DNA of 64,000 nucleotides from Cenococcum geophilum (lineage: Eukaryota), in contig CP158635.1 in assembly GCA_050273025.1 (NCBI GenBank), positions 28,334,001 to 28,398,000 of the forward strand. Direction: 5' to 3'. The notes under the pieces were generated by a model that did not search any database, was not told where the DNA came from, and saw only the letters and a program-made list of their open reading frames with translations. Positions within the stretch are counted from its first letter, which is position 1. Each line of letters opens with the position of its first letter. The position numbers and the translations under genes are program-made. This document shows positions 14,345 to 26,946 of this stretch, in pieces.

Positions 14345-16537
14345 GAATATAGGCTTAACAGTTTATATAACAGTCCTATACCTATTATATAATTATTTAA
14401 GGTATCTATTACTGCTGTAATCTTCTAATTTCCGGCTCTATAGCCATATTATTATATATACTCTTAATATTAAATAATACTAGAGATAGTGTCTTCTTTT
14501 CTTTTTATACTTTAAATACGTCATTATAGAGATATAATAGCATATATATTATTAACCTTTACTTCTTAGCTTTAAAGTGTGTCTTAGGTAATAGGCTATA
14601 TTCCTCTACTAGGTATACTATCCTCTTTACTACTAGTAATTTAAGTACTTTTTCTAGCGTTAAGAGGAGGGAGATTAGTCTATAGCTATTTATTACTATA
14701 TAGTCCCCCTACTTCGGCTTCTATAGTAGTATAATCTTTACTACCTTCTATTCCTATAGTACATTTTCTATTTTAAGTAATTTAGTAAAGAGAGTAGTAA
14801 TCTTACTATTTAGTACGGGCTATAGTTCTTACTATACCCTAATTAGTAGGCCGTCCCTTTTAGGGGCCTTATTTAGGCTAGCCCTAAAAATAACTACCTT
14901 AACCTTATATTTAGCAATAGGCTCCTATAGTAATTAGTTATAGCAAGCTATAGTATTCTTCTCTTATTTATATAGTAGTGGGACTAGAAAAAATACCTAG
15001 AGTAGTTCTCTTATAATATTATAGTTCTCTATAATAACCTCTCCCTATTCTTTAGCCTTTTTAATTAGCGGTATTTTAATAAACGTAGATATAGCCTATA
15101 GATTAAGGTATTTTAACGCTTTTTATATATTATTACTATTACTAAAGAATTTATCCTAATAAAGCCTTCTATATCGCTAAATAGTCCTATAAAAGAGCTT
15201 CTTTACTCTTACTACGATATTATATAGCTTAGGGTTATCCCTTTCTTATCTCTATATTATATTATTTCTATTCCTCTAGTATATATATAACTTTCTTAAT
15301 ATTATAAGATCTTTATTCCACTATCTTTTTATATATAGTAATAGCTTAGCCTGCTAGTAGTATACTTTAAGGGCTTTATTAACCCACTTATTAAGGTAGT
15401 TAACTATTTCGTTTATATCTTTTATAGGGAATCCTATCTCTTTCTATTGCTTTATATCTTCTTAAATCTTATCCTAGTTTATATTTTTAATAAATAGCCT
15501 CTCTTAGCTCTCCTACGTGTTTATACTAACCTAAAAGCTAGTATAAATAGCTTTATAATCTAATTTATACTTATACTTCTAAATAGTGTACTTTATTAGT
15601 TTACTTATTAGGCCTAGGGTTATAAGTATAAGGTTAATTATTAATATTCGCTCCGCGTCGCTCTTAAATATAGGTGCTTTTATTAGAAGTAGGCTCTAGA
15701 ATAACCGGTTTACTATAAAGTTAATAATTAGCGCGCTTTCTTTTTACGTTAATAGAGTACTAATATAACTTCCTCCCTATAGCGGATTATACCAATTAAA
15801 GTTGCCTATAATTACTACTTCGGTATATAAATTGCGCAATAGTTTACCCTAGATTAGACTATTAATTATCTCTAACCTACTAAAGAGCTTATTTAGGTTC
15901 TTTTCCTTAGTTCTTCTTAAATATCTATTTAAAATATAGACTAATATAATTATAAGTCTTCTTTAGCCGACGTGCGCTACTACTGCTATAATATCTACTA
16001 AATCTATTTATAGCTATATAGCTACTAGCTTTCTAGATACCTAGATATATAACCTAACTAAGGGATATTACTACTTTCTACCTATTAGGATAAACCTTAT
16101 CTACTAAGGATTTAAGCTAGCTAGTACTACTTCCCTATTTTAAAAAATGTAATAAGGCTCTTGGCCTAAAATAAAGTAGAAGTCCGCTAGCGCTTTATTA
16201 TTATATAGCGTATACTACGCTTTTTTATACTTTTTTATATTCGCCTAGAAAATCTAAAGTTCTCTATTTATAACACTATTATATAAGAATCCTATCTATC
16301 TCTTTTCTATATACTAGGTATTCCTAATATAAGGCTTAGTAAGGACCCTAATAGTTTACGCAGTATAGATTAACCGTCTTATACTAAAAATGGCCTTCCC
16401 ACTTATATATTTCGCATATATTAGGTCGCGTATAGTCTCTAGCCCTATATTTAAACCTTTTATATTTATATTATACTATAGGGGTACATTACTCCTTAAA
16501 TAGTAATATAATAATTATACTTCCCCTAAATAATATA

Positions 16538-19500
16538 GGACAGCGGTAGGTGGATACCCCCTAATTAATACACGGACACCCCCCAATTAATACATAAATA
16601 CCCCTAACTGATTGAGTTTAGATCCTTCCTAATTAAGTTAGAATATCACGTAAATTTGAGTTGTTTGCATCTGCATCGCGAAAATTAAATTATTAAAATC
16701 GAATTCTTGTATACCTCGATTGCGTAGTACTCTGTAAGGCGCCGTGTGAACTTACCTAGGTGCTACTACCTCTGCTTGATGTCTACGAACTGCCTGTCTA
16801 TAAACTGCCTCCGCGAGTACGCCCGCGCTCCGCCTGCGCCTGCGCCCACGCTCGCGCCTACGCCCGCGCCTATACCTACGCGTAGTATACCTAGTATTCT
16901 GTTTAAATGCTGATGGCTCGCAATAAGTCGATATATTAATGCGAATAGAGCCAGGTAGGTGGCCGCGGCGGCACTTAACAGTCAGAGGCTAGGGTGGGGA
17001 AAGGTAAGGCAAATGTAAGGTAGTGTTTTCGGTATAAGCGTGCGACGGTTATGCAACGGTCACGCGACGGTCGTGCATTAATGCAGATGCAAACAACTCA
17101 AATTCACGTGATATTCTAACTTAATTAGGAAGGATCTAAACTTAATTAGTGGGGGGTGTCCATGTATTAATTGGGGGGTGTCTACTATAAGGGGATCTTA
17201 TAGACAGGGGGCTATAAAGACACGATTAAAACAGGATAGATTAGTAAAAGAGACAAATCCTTAAGGAGGTAAGGCCTCTGGGATTGTGGAGACTATATAC
17301 TACGGGTACGTGCCTCTAGTATATAACCGGCGACCATCCAAAGGGCGTCCGGGGGTTGTCCTAAGGGCAACCTAAGGTGTCCGCAATAATATCCCTTATA
17401 TTACCCCCCCCCTTCTTATAGTTAGCCCCCAATCGCTATTACCTTATAGTAGGGAGATTATAAGGGCTCGTCCTAGAAGAGGTTTAGAGGGATATTAGAG
17501 AGGTATTGGTATGCCGCTATATATTATCTATCTATCTAACCCTTGCTTTAAACTCCTAAAAAACCTTAATAAGGAAAAAACATAACTGGAGAAAAGATAT
17601 AAGGATTACTAGGAGACCTATCGGAAGCCTGCTAGAAGCATATTAGTAACTACCTAGGCTAATATAGGGATTTTTATACAACTCTGCTTCTAAGCCTTTA
17701 TACCAGTTTATAATCAATTATAAGTATTATAAGTAATTTAGTGTTCTAGTATAGTTCCGTAGAACCTTTTAGTATAAAATTTAACGTACAAAGCCTTGGC
17801 TTGCCGTTATCTTTAACTGCTAAGATATGGTCTATAATTCTTTCTTATAATCCTTTTCTTATAATCCCCTACGTTACTAATGCATTACTTCCGCATTTAC
17901 CCTTAGGCTATTAGATGCGGTTAAGGTATTAATTAGTTAGTTAAAAAGACTTATCTCTTAAGATTTAGTATATATAGTTTTAAATCTAGTAGTCCTATAC
18001 TGTATATTTGGCGTAGCTCTACTACCTAGCAAACAGGGACATTTTGCGATAGTAATTGTAGCTATTATACAATTATCAAGAACGTCTATAACGTTATTCT
18101 TTAATACTATAGTATCGTTTTAGGTCTAATTTAACCTATATGCGTCTTTAATTTAACGTCTTAATTGCCTTCCCCTAGCCGCGTAGTCAGTTTTTGTAAG
18201 GAAGTGATGGTTAAATAACTTATATGCGTGTTTCCTTCCTTCTAAATAGCGCTATTATAATGGAGTTATATTAGTAAGGTTGCGGCTATTTACCGGAAGG
18301 GTATTAGACGGTAAAGTATAAAGACACTTTACTTATTAAGCTTAATCCTTTTCCTTAATACCTTACTTCCCATTATTAACCTTCGTCCAATTTGGACGTA
18401 TCTTTAATATATTATTAAGATTTTCTTCTTTTTCATTATTAATTTAATATGCCTCTTTATTCTCCTACTAACTACTCTTTTAAGTAAATTCTATAGCGTA
18501 TTCTAGCCCTGCCTTTGCATATAGAACCCTAACCTCTACTAACCCGTAACTGGTGCTGGTCCTACCTAAATAATTTTACTTATACGTCTTTAAAAGACCA
18601 GAAATCTAATAATAGGATTCTAGAGGCTTGTAATAAGACGCACTGCGTTAGATCTAATACCTTTAGTCCTTATAATTAATGTATACGTACTAAGAGCGGC
18701 AGATACGTTAAGGTAAGTTTTTCTATTCTTAATAGATTTCCATTGCTAACTTTAAGCTTTAATAGCCTAGGCCTAAGTGGCGACGATCCTTTAATGTCCT
18801 TAACTACTATATTACCCGGGCTTTGTCTTATTCCAGCGCTAATACTAAACGTCTTAGTCGCATTTAAGACTATACTACAGCCATCTATACCGCCTATAAT
18901 TCTTAGTAAGCTAGCTAGTAACGCCTAATGCAAGAGTAAGGTTAGTATACTAAGGATAGGATGCGGGATGGGGGTGATAAGAAGAAGGTCGCTGTCTACT
19001 ATAGGAAGGAGTTCGCGTATACGCGTTAAGTTTTAAAAGAGTATAATATAATGCGGTATTAGGTAGGTTACCCTTTAGGTACCTAGCGGATAGGTAACTA
19101 ATAGTTACCGTAGTAAGGTCTTGGTAGTTCTAGACTATACTAGCTAGCTAACGTCTCTATTCATTCTAGGCTTAAGTATGTCTTTATTAACTATAAGCTT
19201 ACTCCCTAAAAGCTTTGTTAGTATTGGTTTGGACCTAATATTAGTGTTAAGCGTTTAAGAGTCTCTACTTTAGCTACACCTTATTATCCTGCCCCTGTTT
19301 TTATACTTACTCGTACGCCTACTAAGGCATCTGGATCCTATTCTCGTCAGCTATTACTTAGTGGCCTAATAGACACTAATTCTACTCCTGATAATAATAA
19401 GGCGTAGTGGCTTTTTAGATTAGGCATTTATGGTTTAGACTTTTAGGATTTGTTCTTATATATAGTAGCAATTAAGAACCTTAATTAGGTGCTTAGGAAG

Positions 19501-22500
19501 GCCTTATAAGGCTTTTAGAAAGGGCTTAGAAGCCTTAGGAATAATATTCCTAGTATAGACTAATAAATAGGAATGCAATTCTAGCAAAATGCCCTATTAA
19601 CTCTATGCTATATACGTGAAAAGGCTAAGGACCTGTCCTACCTTAGGCTGTAGCCCTATCCCTATAGTTTTCGGAGCCTATCCGTTCTATATCCAATTTA
19701 ACCTATTTACTCTTTTCGCAAGCTTTCTTCATAGGTCGCGATAATACTGTAGTATTAGAGCGCTTTCTACGACTTGTAGATTATAGACCTTAGTCCCAAT
19801 ATTCTTTTAGAATATCTTCGCAATAATTAAGGTAATCCTCTAGTTCCTATATAGAGTCCTTAGCGGGCCAGCCTAGCCATTTAACTTCAAATTAAAGCTT
19901 ATTCTTAATAGACTTATGGCGTAGTATAGCTTCAACCTTATACTACTTGCCCACCACCTTAGGGTGTTTAATTAGGCCTAAACGGAAGTTCTTTTCTAGC
20001 AGTAGTCTATGCTATAGCTCTAGTAGGTTTATATAAAACACTAGATGTATACAGGCTATAGATAGGGGTAGCTAGAGACGATAGGCTAGCTTACCAATTC
20101 GTTCCTTAACTTAGAAGGGACCTAGGTATCTTATATTAAGCTTCTTTAATAGTTAACGGGTCTTAATATTCGTTAAACATAATAGAACCTTATCGCCTAC
20201 TCCGAAATGCTTGTCCTAGTACTTATAGTTATACTAAAGTCTCTACTGCTTTTAGGCATCTTATAGGCTCTACTTTGCATACTTCTATTACTTCTCCTAT
20301 TTCTAGAGGTATCCTTATACTCTCTAGTAGATATCCTTTAACTTCCCGGTAGAATTCTATAACTAATTATACGGCCTTAGCTAGTAATTATTAGGTATAC
20401 TATTAAACCCAAATAGTTAAACGCTATAGGCAATCTGGATTAGTGCATACTTATACAATGCATATTACTTTAAATTATAAGCGTACTCCGCGTACGGAAG
20501 TAGCTCGCACTAGTTATCTTGCTAGTAGTTTAAATATATCCGTAGATAAGACTCTAGTTTCTAGTTCTAGCGTTCCGTTTACCCATCTATCTATAGGTGG
20601 AAAGCCGTACTATACTAGTGGTCTATCTTTAAATAAAAGCATAGGTCCGACTAGTATTAGCTTATAAAGACGCTGCCCCTATTAGTAATAATAGAGTATA
20701 GCTAATCTACTTTAAGAAAGCATTTCTCTTTAATTAGGTTGGCGAGCTCTTATACGTTAATCGTCTTATTAACGGGAAGGTATTAGACGTACTTTAAAAA
20801 CCTATTAATAAGTATGAGAACCGAATTATATGTTTGTCCTTAGCTATCTTTAGATAGCAGGAGATCCGTAATAAAGTCTATAGCGTAATGTTGCTATAGC
20901 TTACTAGTAGGGGGAACTAATTTAAGTAGACCCTATGGCTTGTGCCTGCGGATCTTATATACTTAATACTTCTTATAATGGCTGATATACTCCTTTGCTT
21001 CCTAATTAAGCCTTAGCCAATAGTATTTACGCTAAAGTAATTCCACTATTTTTACTTAACCATAGTGGCCGCCTAGAGGATTATTGTAATTCTTTATAAG
21101 AATCTTCTATTATAAATTTGCTTCTTATAGCACCTAAACCTTACTACCTCTATATAGTAGGCCCATTGGGTCTAGTTCCTAATAGTAGCGCCTAGTAGCT
21201 TCCTTTCTATTACGTTTCCGATCTACTTCCGTATTAAGAATAGTATAGGAAGCGTCCCTCTGTTATACCTCATAGATAAGATCTATTAACCCTTTAAATG
21301 GTTCCCGGGTAAAAGCTGTTTTATTTTATACTACTCCAAGTATAAGACTAGATGGTACTATAGATTTTATAACTCTTTAATACACGTATATCAGGAAGGC
21401 CGCTATAAGGTTAAAGTCCTTTAGTTATTATAGGGCTCCGAGTTCCGATTGCTCTATAGCTTCGCTATTTATTTAAGGGGATAGCTTAGCAATTAAAGAT
21501 GGTATATTACTAGGTTCCAAGAATGTATCGGGGATATCCTATTTAGGTATATTTAGACCCTTATTAGCAACGGACCGGGTACTAGCTAAAATATTAGTAG
21601 AAACCAATAGGGCTTATACCGCCTAAGACTTAGTGTATAGAGCTATAGGTACTTAAGCATCCTATACCTAGAGCTTGTTCTATAATATAGGGAGTAAAAT
21701 ATCTATTATCTGTTTTCCTTCTCCCGTTTTAAAGCCTTTAGTATAGTCTAGCCGTTGTGACGGTCTATTAGTAGGGTTATTTTCCCCTAGCTTATATTTA
21801 ATCTCAAAATTAAATCGCGTAAGCTCCTCTACCTATCTGGCTTATTAAGGTATAAGCTCCTTTATAGTTATAAAGTAGCGTAGATTATAGTAATCTAAGA
21901 GTATATAAGTGGTATAGCTCGCGTACTTAAGGTAGTATTACTACTTTTTAAAGCAGTTGACTATAGCCAGCAGTTCCTTATCGTGGGTATAATACCTAAC
22001 TTTAGGTCCCTGGAATTTTCTACTATAAAATACTACTAGTCTTTAATGGAGCTAGGTAGCGTCTAGATGCCTATTAGGTTATAGTAGGATACTAATAAGG
22101 GCAAAATTTAATGCATTAGTGATTATTATTAATGGCTAATCTAGGTTAAAATGCCGCAGTAATAGAGCTTTTATAAACTTTACACGAAGTTCCCAGAAGG
22201 CCTCCTAAACCTTTCTGGGCTATAACCATAGCTTATACTATTTAGTTAGTCCCTTCTTAGTTTTCTTCCTTACCGCCTTTAAGCTTTTTGCTCCTTGGGT
22301 TAGGTCTTAGGAAGCTTCTATAATATAGTTAGATAGGTATTAGGCGACGTCCGAGTAGTTATAAATAAAGCGCCTATAGAAATTGGTAAAGCCTAGGAAC
22401 ACTTAAATATCCTAATAGCTCTTTAGCTCTGGCCACTCCTAGATTATCTACACCCTTACTAGGTCTATAACTACACCTATAGGCGTTATAATGTACCCTA

Positions 22501-25500
22501 GGGACTCGACCTGCTTAGTATTAAAGATATACTTTAACGCCTTGGCGTAAAGGCCCTAATTATCTAAATATTCTAGCACTTCGCGGATATATTGCTTGTG
22601 TTAATCCTTATCTTCTAAGTAGATTAAGATATTATCTAAATAGATAACGTATATGCGGTCAACTAGTCCCCCTAAGGCTCTATAAATATATAATTGGAAT
22701 GTTATAGGCGTATTAGCTAGCCCAAAAGGTATTACTAAATACTTAAAGTGGCCGTATCGGGTCTTAAAAGCGGTCTTTTACTTATCCCCTTCTTTAATAC
22801 GGAGCCTATAATAGGCGTCTTATAGATCTAACTTTATAAAGATCTTCGCCCTAGATAGTTAATCCAGCATTTTACTAACTAGTAGTAGTAGGTAACGGTT
22901 CTTAATTATAATCTTATTAAGACCGCGATAGTCTATATATAGCCTTATAGTTCTATTTAGTTTTAGGATAAAGAGGATCAACGCGCCTAATAGCGATTTA
23001 CTAGGCTAGATCCATCCCTTTTCTAGTAAGCCATTAAGGTACTCTTATAGGATCTTAAGCTCTTTACGCAAGAGGTTATAGATAGGAAGGTTCGGTAGTT
23101 ACTTGCCTTCTTCTAGATTAATTATATAATTATACTCCGAGTTCTACGGTAGGACTTTAGCTCTCCTACCTAAAAATACCCTTAGTAAGTCCCTTAGGCC
23201 TACTAGAATATTTAACAAATTAGGGTCGTGTTTATCCTCCGCGTTATCGTTAGGTAGGTTTTAGAGATCCCTTAGAATACTTACGGGCAGCGTCATGCAC
23301 TATAGTAGTTGCTTATATATAGTTGCCACTATACGTTAAACTGTTTTATACAGTAGCTAGTAGAGGGTAGGGAACTCCTTAACGCAGCGTTTAAGGTGCT
23401 ATAGTATACTCTCTATATATTGCTTAAGCCAGAGTAACCTATAGCGGTTAAAGTATCTCATAAGATCCTTAAAATTGCCGCCTCCCTATAATATCTCCGC
23501 GACCTATCCGGTAGTTCCCTATAGGGTCTCTATTATAGAGGGGTTATCACCTATACTAGGCTCTATACCCATCTTACTATTAAATAGGGGTTAGATCCGA
23601 TACTCCTTTGGGTGTAAAGCGTATACTATTTCGCCTAGGGCTACATTCTCTAGGATATCCTTTAGGCTTATTAGTAATATATACCCTTCCAAATCTTTAT
23701 TATTCCACTATTTAAAGGCTCTAGTCTTAAAGCGTATCTTAGGATCTACTTTTATAAGCTAAGGGTATCTAAGGATAAGGTTATAACCTACAAAGTTAGC
23801 CGCCTAGAAGGGTTGTAGGCCGACCACCTTAGTATAGTTATGTATGTCGGCTACTAACACTATAAGCTTATAGGCACTATATAGCTTGATCTAATACTTA
23901 TTTAGGAAGCCTATAATAGGTTTCCGCTACCTTTATAATAGGATAAGTTTATACTCTTTTACCAAATTATATTATATAAGATTGATTTCGGCGCCGCTAT
24001 TATATAGTGCTTAGAACTATTATACCTTACCTATAGGGAGTGTTATTTCTAGCTTAATAGTAATACAAAGAGTCTCTCCTTCCGTATCTTACCCTAGTTA
24101 TAGCTAGGAGAGGTCCGCAACTAGGGCTTTTCTTTTTTTAGATTGTTAGTGCGGTTATTGCCTAGCTTATTTTTCTAATAGAATCTACCTCCGGAGTTTT
24201 CTCTTAACTTCTTAGAGTGTTCCCGTAAAGATACCAGATAGGTATTAGGTTAACCCTAGGAGTCTTTCCCGTTATTTAAGGTTCCTAACTTTAACCCTTC
24301 TGAAGTTCTCTTTAAGAACGGCTTCTTTAAAGGTTAGGTCTGCCCTATATTACTACTAAAGTACCTATACTTCTAGTGACCCCCTAGCTTCCTACTAGAA
24401 GAGGTTTAGTTCCTTACTATATCCTTAGCGTTTAGAACCGCTCGTTTAAAATCCGTATATACAGTAATCCACGGTAGGGCTCCTACGCGCTTTATTTCGT
24501 CATAAATTACTAGCTTAATTCTAGCCTAGATAAATCCAATCTTCTCCTTCTTATGGACGCTACCGTCCTTATTTTTAAAGGGCTCTAGATCTATCTATTA
24601 AGCATAAGTTTCTATAAAGTTTATAAACTAGCGGAAGTCTTAACGGTCTAGCTGCGTACCATTCTAGAATTGTTCTATATTATTATATTATATAATATAC
24701 AGATCTTAGGTCTAACCCTTTAGGAAGGTCTATAGCTATAGCTATATTATAATTTACTCTTTATTAAGTTAATTAAGCGTAATCTAGTTTAGTAATTGGT
24801 TTTTAATCTTACTAATAATCCAGCATATACGCTCTTTAGTATTATCTCATATTATTAGCATTTTAAAGAAGTTGTCTACCTCGCGAACCCAATCGTCCAG
24901 CTATTAGGCGTTAGGTCTATAATAAAGTTCTAACCTACTAGAGGCCTTAGCCAGTCGGTCTATATCCTTTTTCTATTTATTATATAGGTGCCTCTCTAAG
25001 TCTTCTATACCTCCTTAGGTAGGTACTAGGTAGCCCCTAGAAAGCCCTTAGCCTTAACTAGGTTATAAAAGAATTTACCTAGCTTAGATTAAACCCTACT
25101 AAATATAGATTTGCCCTTAGAGGGTTCTAATATATTTATTAGTAGCTTCCTCCCGTATAGCTTCTAAGAGCCTTATGACAGCTTCCTAATATCTATCTTA
25201 AAGGAGATTAGTATAGGGCTCTTAACCTTCTAAACTTGGGCCTAGAGAAGCTCCTACTATAAAGGTAGTATTAGCACTAGTAGCTAGTACGGGTTTCCCA
25301 ATAAGCCTTAGGTCTTAAGTTAGTATTTAGGTTTAATTTTCTAAAGGGGTAGGCCTACTTAGCTTATAAGCAGTCTATACACCACCACTATACTAATTAT
25401 AGGCCGGTGGTCTTCTGGGAGGGTTTTGGTTAGGTCCCTAGTTAAATATATTAGTATATTCCTCTAGCATTTCTAGCTTAGGGGAAGATTTTAGGGTTGC

Positions 25501-26116
25501 CTCTAGCGCTTAATCTTCTAATTGGCCTAGGTGGGGCTAGAGAGGTTCCAGTTACTTTCTGGCAGCGTTATAACCGTTATAAAGGGTATCTATGTTTTCC
25601 TTAGCGGTGACTATAGGTATATAAGAGTCTTTAAGCTCCTAGAGTATCTAGGTATTAGGGTTTATTTAGCCGTCTTGCCCAAAGGGTTATATTATCGCAA
25701 TCTCTCGCTATCGGAGGGACCTTTTTACCTTTATGCGACGGCTTTCTATAAGGTATCCGTAGAGTTTCTATTTAGGTTATCGCGAGATTTTAAGGGAGAA
25801 TAGTAGTTATAAATAAAAGATGTAAATAAATAATCTGGTCCTTAAAGCCAACTACCCTTCTAAAAAGAGTAGGAAGGATTTAAATATAAGGGGATCTTGT
25901 AAACAGGGGGCTATAAGGACACGATTAGAATAGGATAGATTAGTAAGAGAGATAAATCCTTAAGGAGGTAAGGCCTCCGGGATTACGGAGACTATATACT
26001 ACGGGTATATGCCTTTAGCATATAACCGGCGACTATCTAAGGGGCATCTGGGGGTTGTCCTAAGGGCAACCTAAGGTGTCTATAATAATATCCCTTATAT
26101 CTACCTACCGCTGTCT
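16538..26116. mobile_element. ~660-bp non-autonomous TIR element (MITE), 16538-17185 + 26105-26116, interrupted by Gypsy A copy 2
   Basis: Left TIR GGACAGCGGTAGGTGGA...GCATCTGCAT (16538-16676) is inverted to 17081-17185 + 26105-26116. Subterminal ~22-bp repeats GGACACCCCCCAATTAATAC. 8-bp TSD ATAATATA corresponds to a single ATAACACG in uninterrupted LINE copies. Confidence 0.88.
17186..26099 (-). mobile_element. Full-length Ty3/Gypsy chromovirus family A, copy 2 (LTRs 17186-17400 and 25885-26099, 215 bp; gag-pol ~25810 to ~19700)
   Basis: Matching LTRs; TSD TCTAC (17181-17185, 26100-26104); C-run PPT complement right of the left LTR. Chromodomain reading YEVEAIL.HK...FEVKWLGWP..DSTWEPE at ~19790-19960, plus RT/RNase H/integrase remnants. 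Confidence 0.93.
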
Positions 26117-26946
26117 ATAATATATTATCTAATATAAGTAACTTCTCTATATCCTCCTTTATTACTACTTTAATAATTACTAATATATACTAGCTGTGTG
26201 GCCTTAGTTATCTAAGCTATTTTATTATATATACCTTTATACTATTCTCTATTATAAAGCGCTCTATAGCTAACTTACTTACTTTTTTACTATTAATACT
26301 TATTACTAAAGGTACTTTAACCTAGTCCGCCTTAATTATATACTACTTAGGTCTAATAAGCCTTGCCCTAAAGATATATAGTTTAAGCTATTAAGTAGTT
26401 GTCTACCTAAATATAGCTTCTTTATCTTTTTCCACTAAGAATCTAATAATACTCGCGCTATTACTTATTCGCTATATATAGAAGTCCTTAATTATAGCTT
26501 CTATAAGCCTATTAATATCCTTTATACCTTATATAATAGTTTATTTTACTACTTTAGTAGTAGCTACCTTCTTTATTACCTTTAAATCCGCTTAGCTAAT
26601 ATTTACTACTAGCTATTAATTAGGTTCCTTAAAGTTCCTAGCGCTTATTATTTATAGTAAAGTTATCTTTAGCCCTACTATACCTCTACTAGCTGCTATT
26701 AATACCTATAATTATATTGGAGCTAAAAAAGTGTTTAGTTGCGCTTATAAGGACTAAATAGCTTTCTAAAGTTTAATATTTTACTTTTTAAAGCTTTACT
26801 GTTCTAATTTAATATCTACTAGTTTATTTTTAATACTCTTAATAATACTATTCTAGCTTATAATAATATTACTCTACTATATTATAGTTTCTTTAAGGCT
26901 TTTAATAAGTTAATAAAATTCGTTATAATTAATACCTCCTTCTTTA

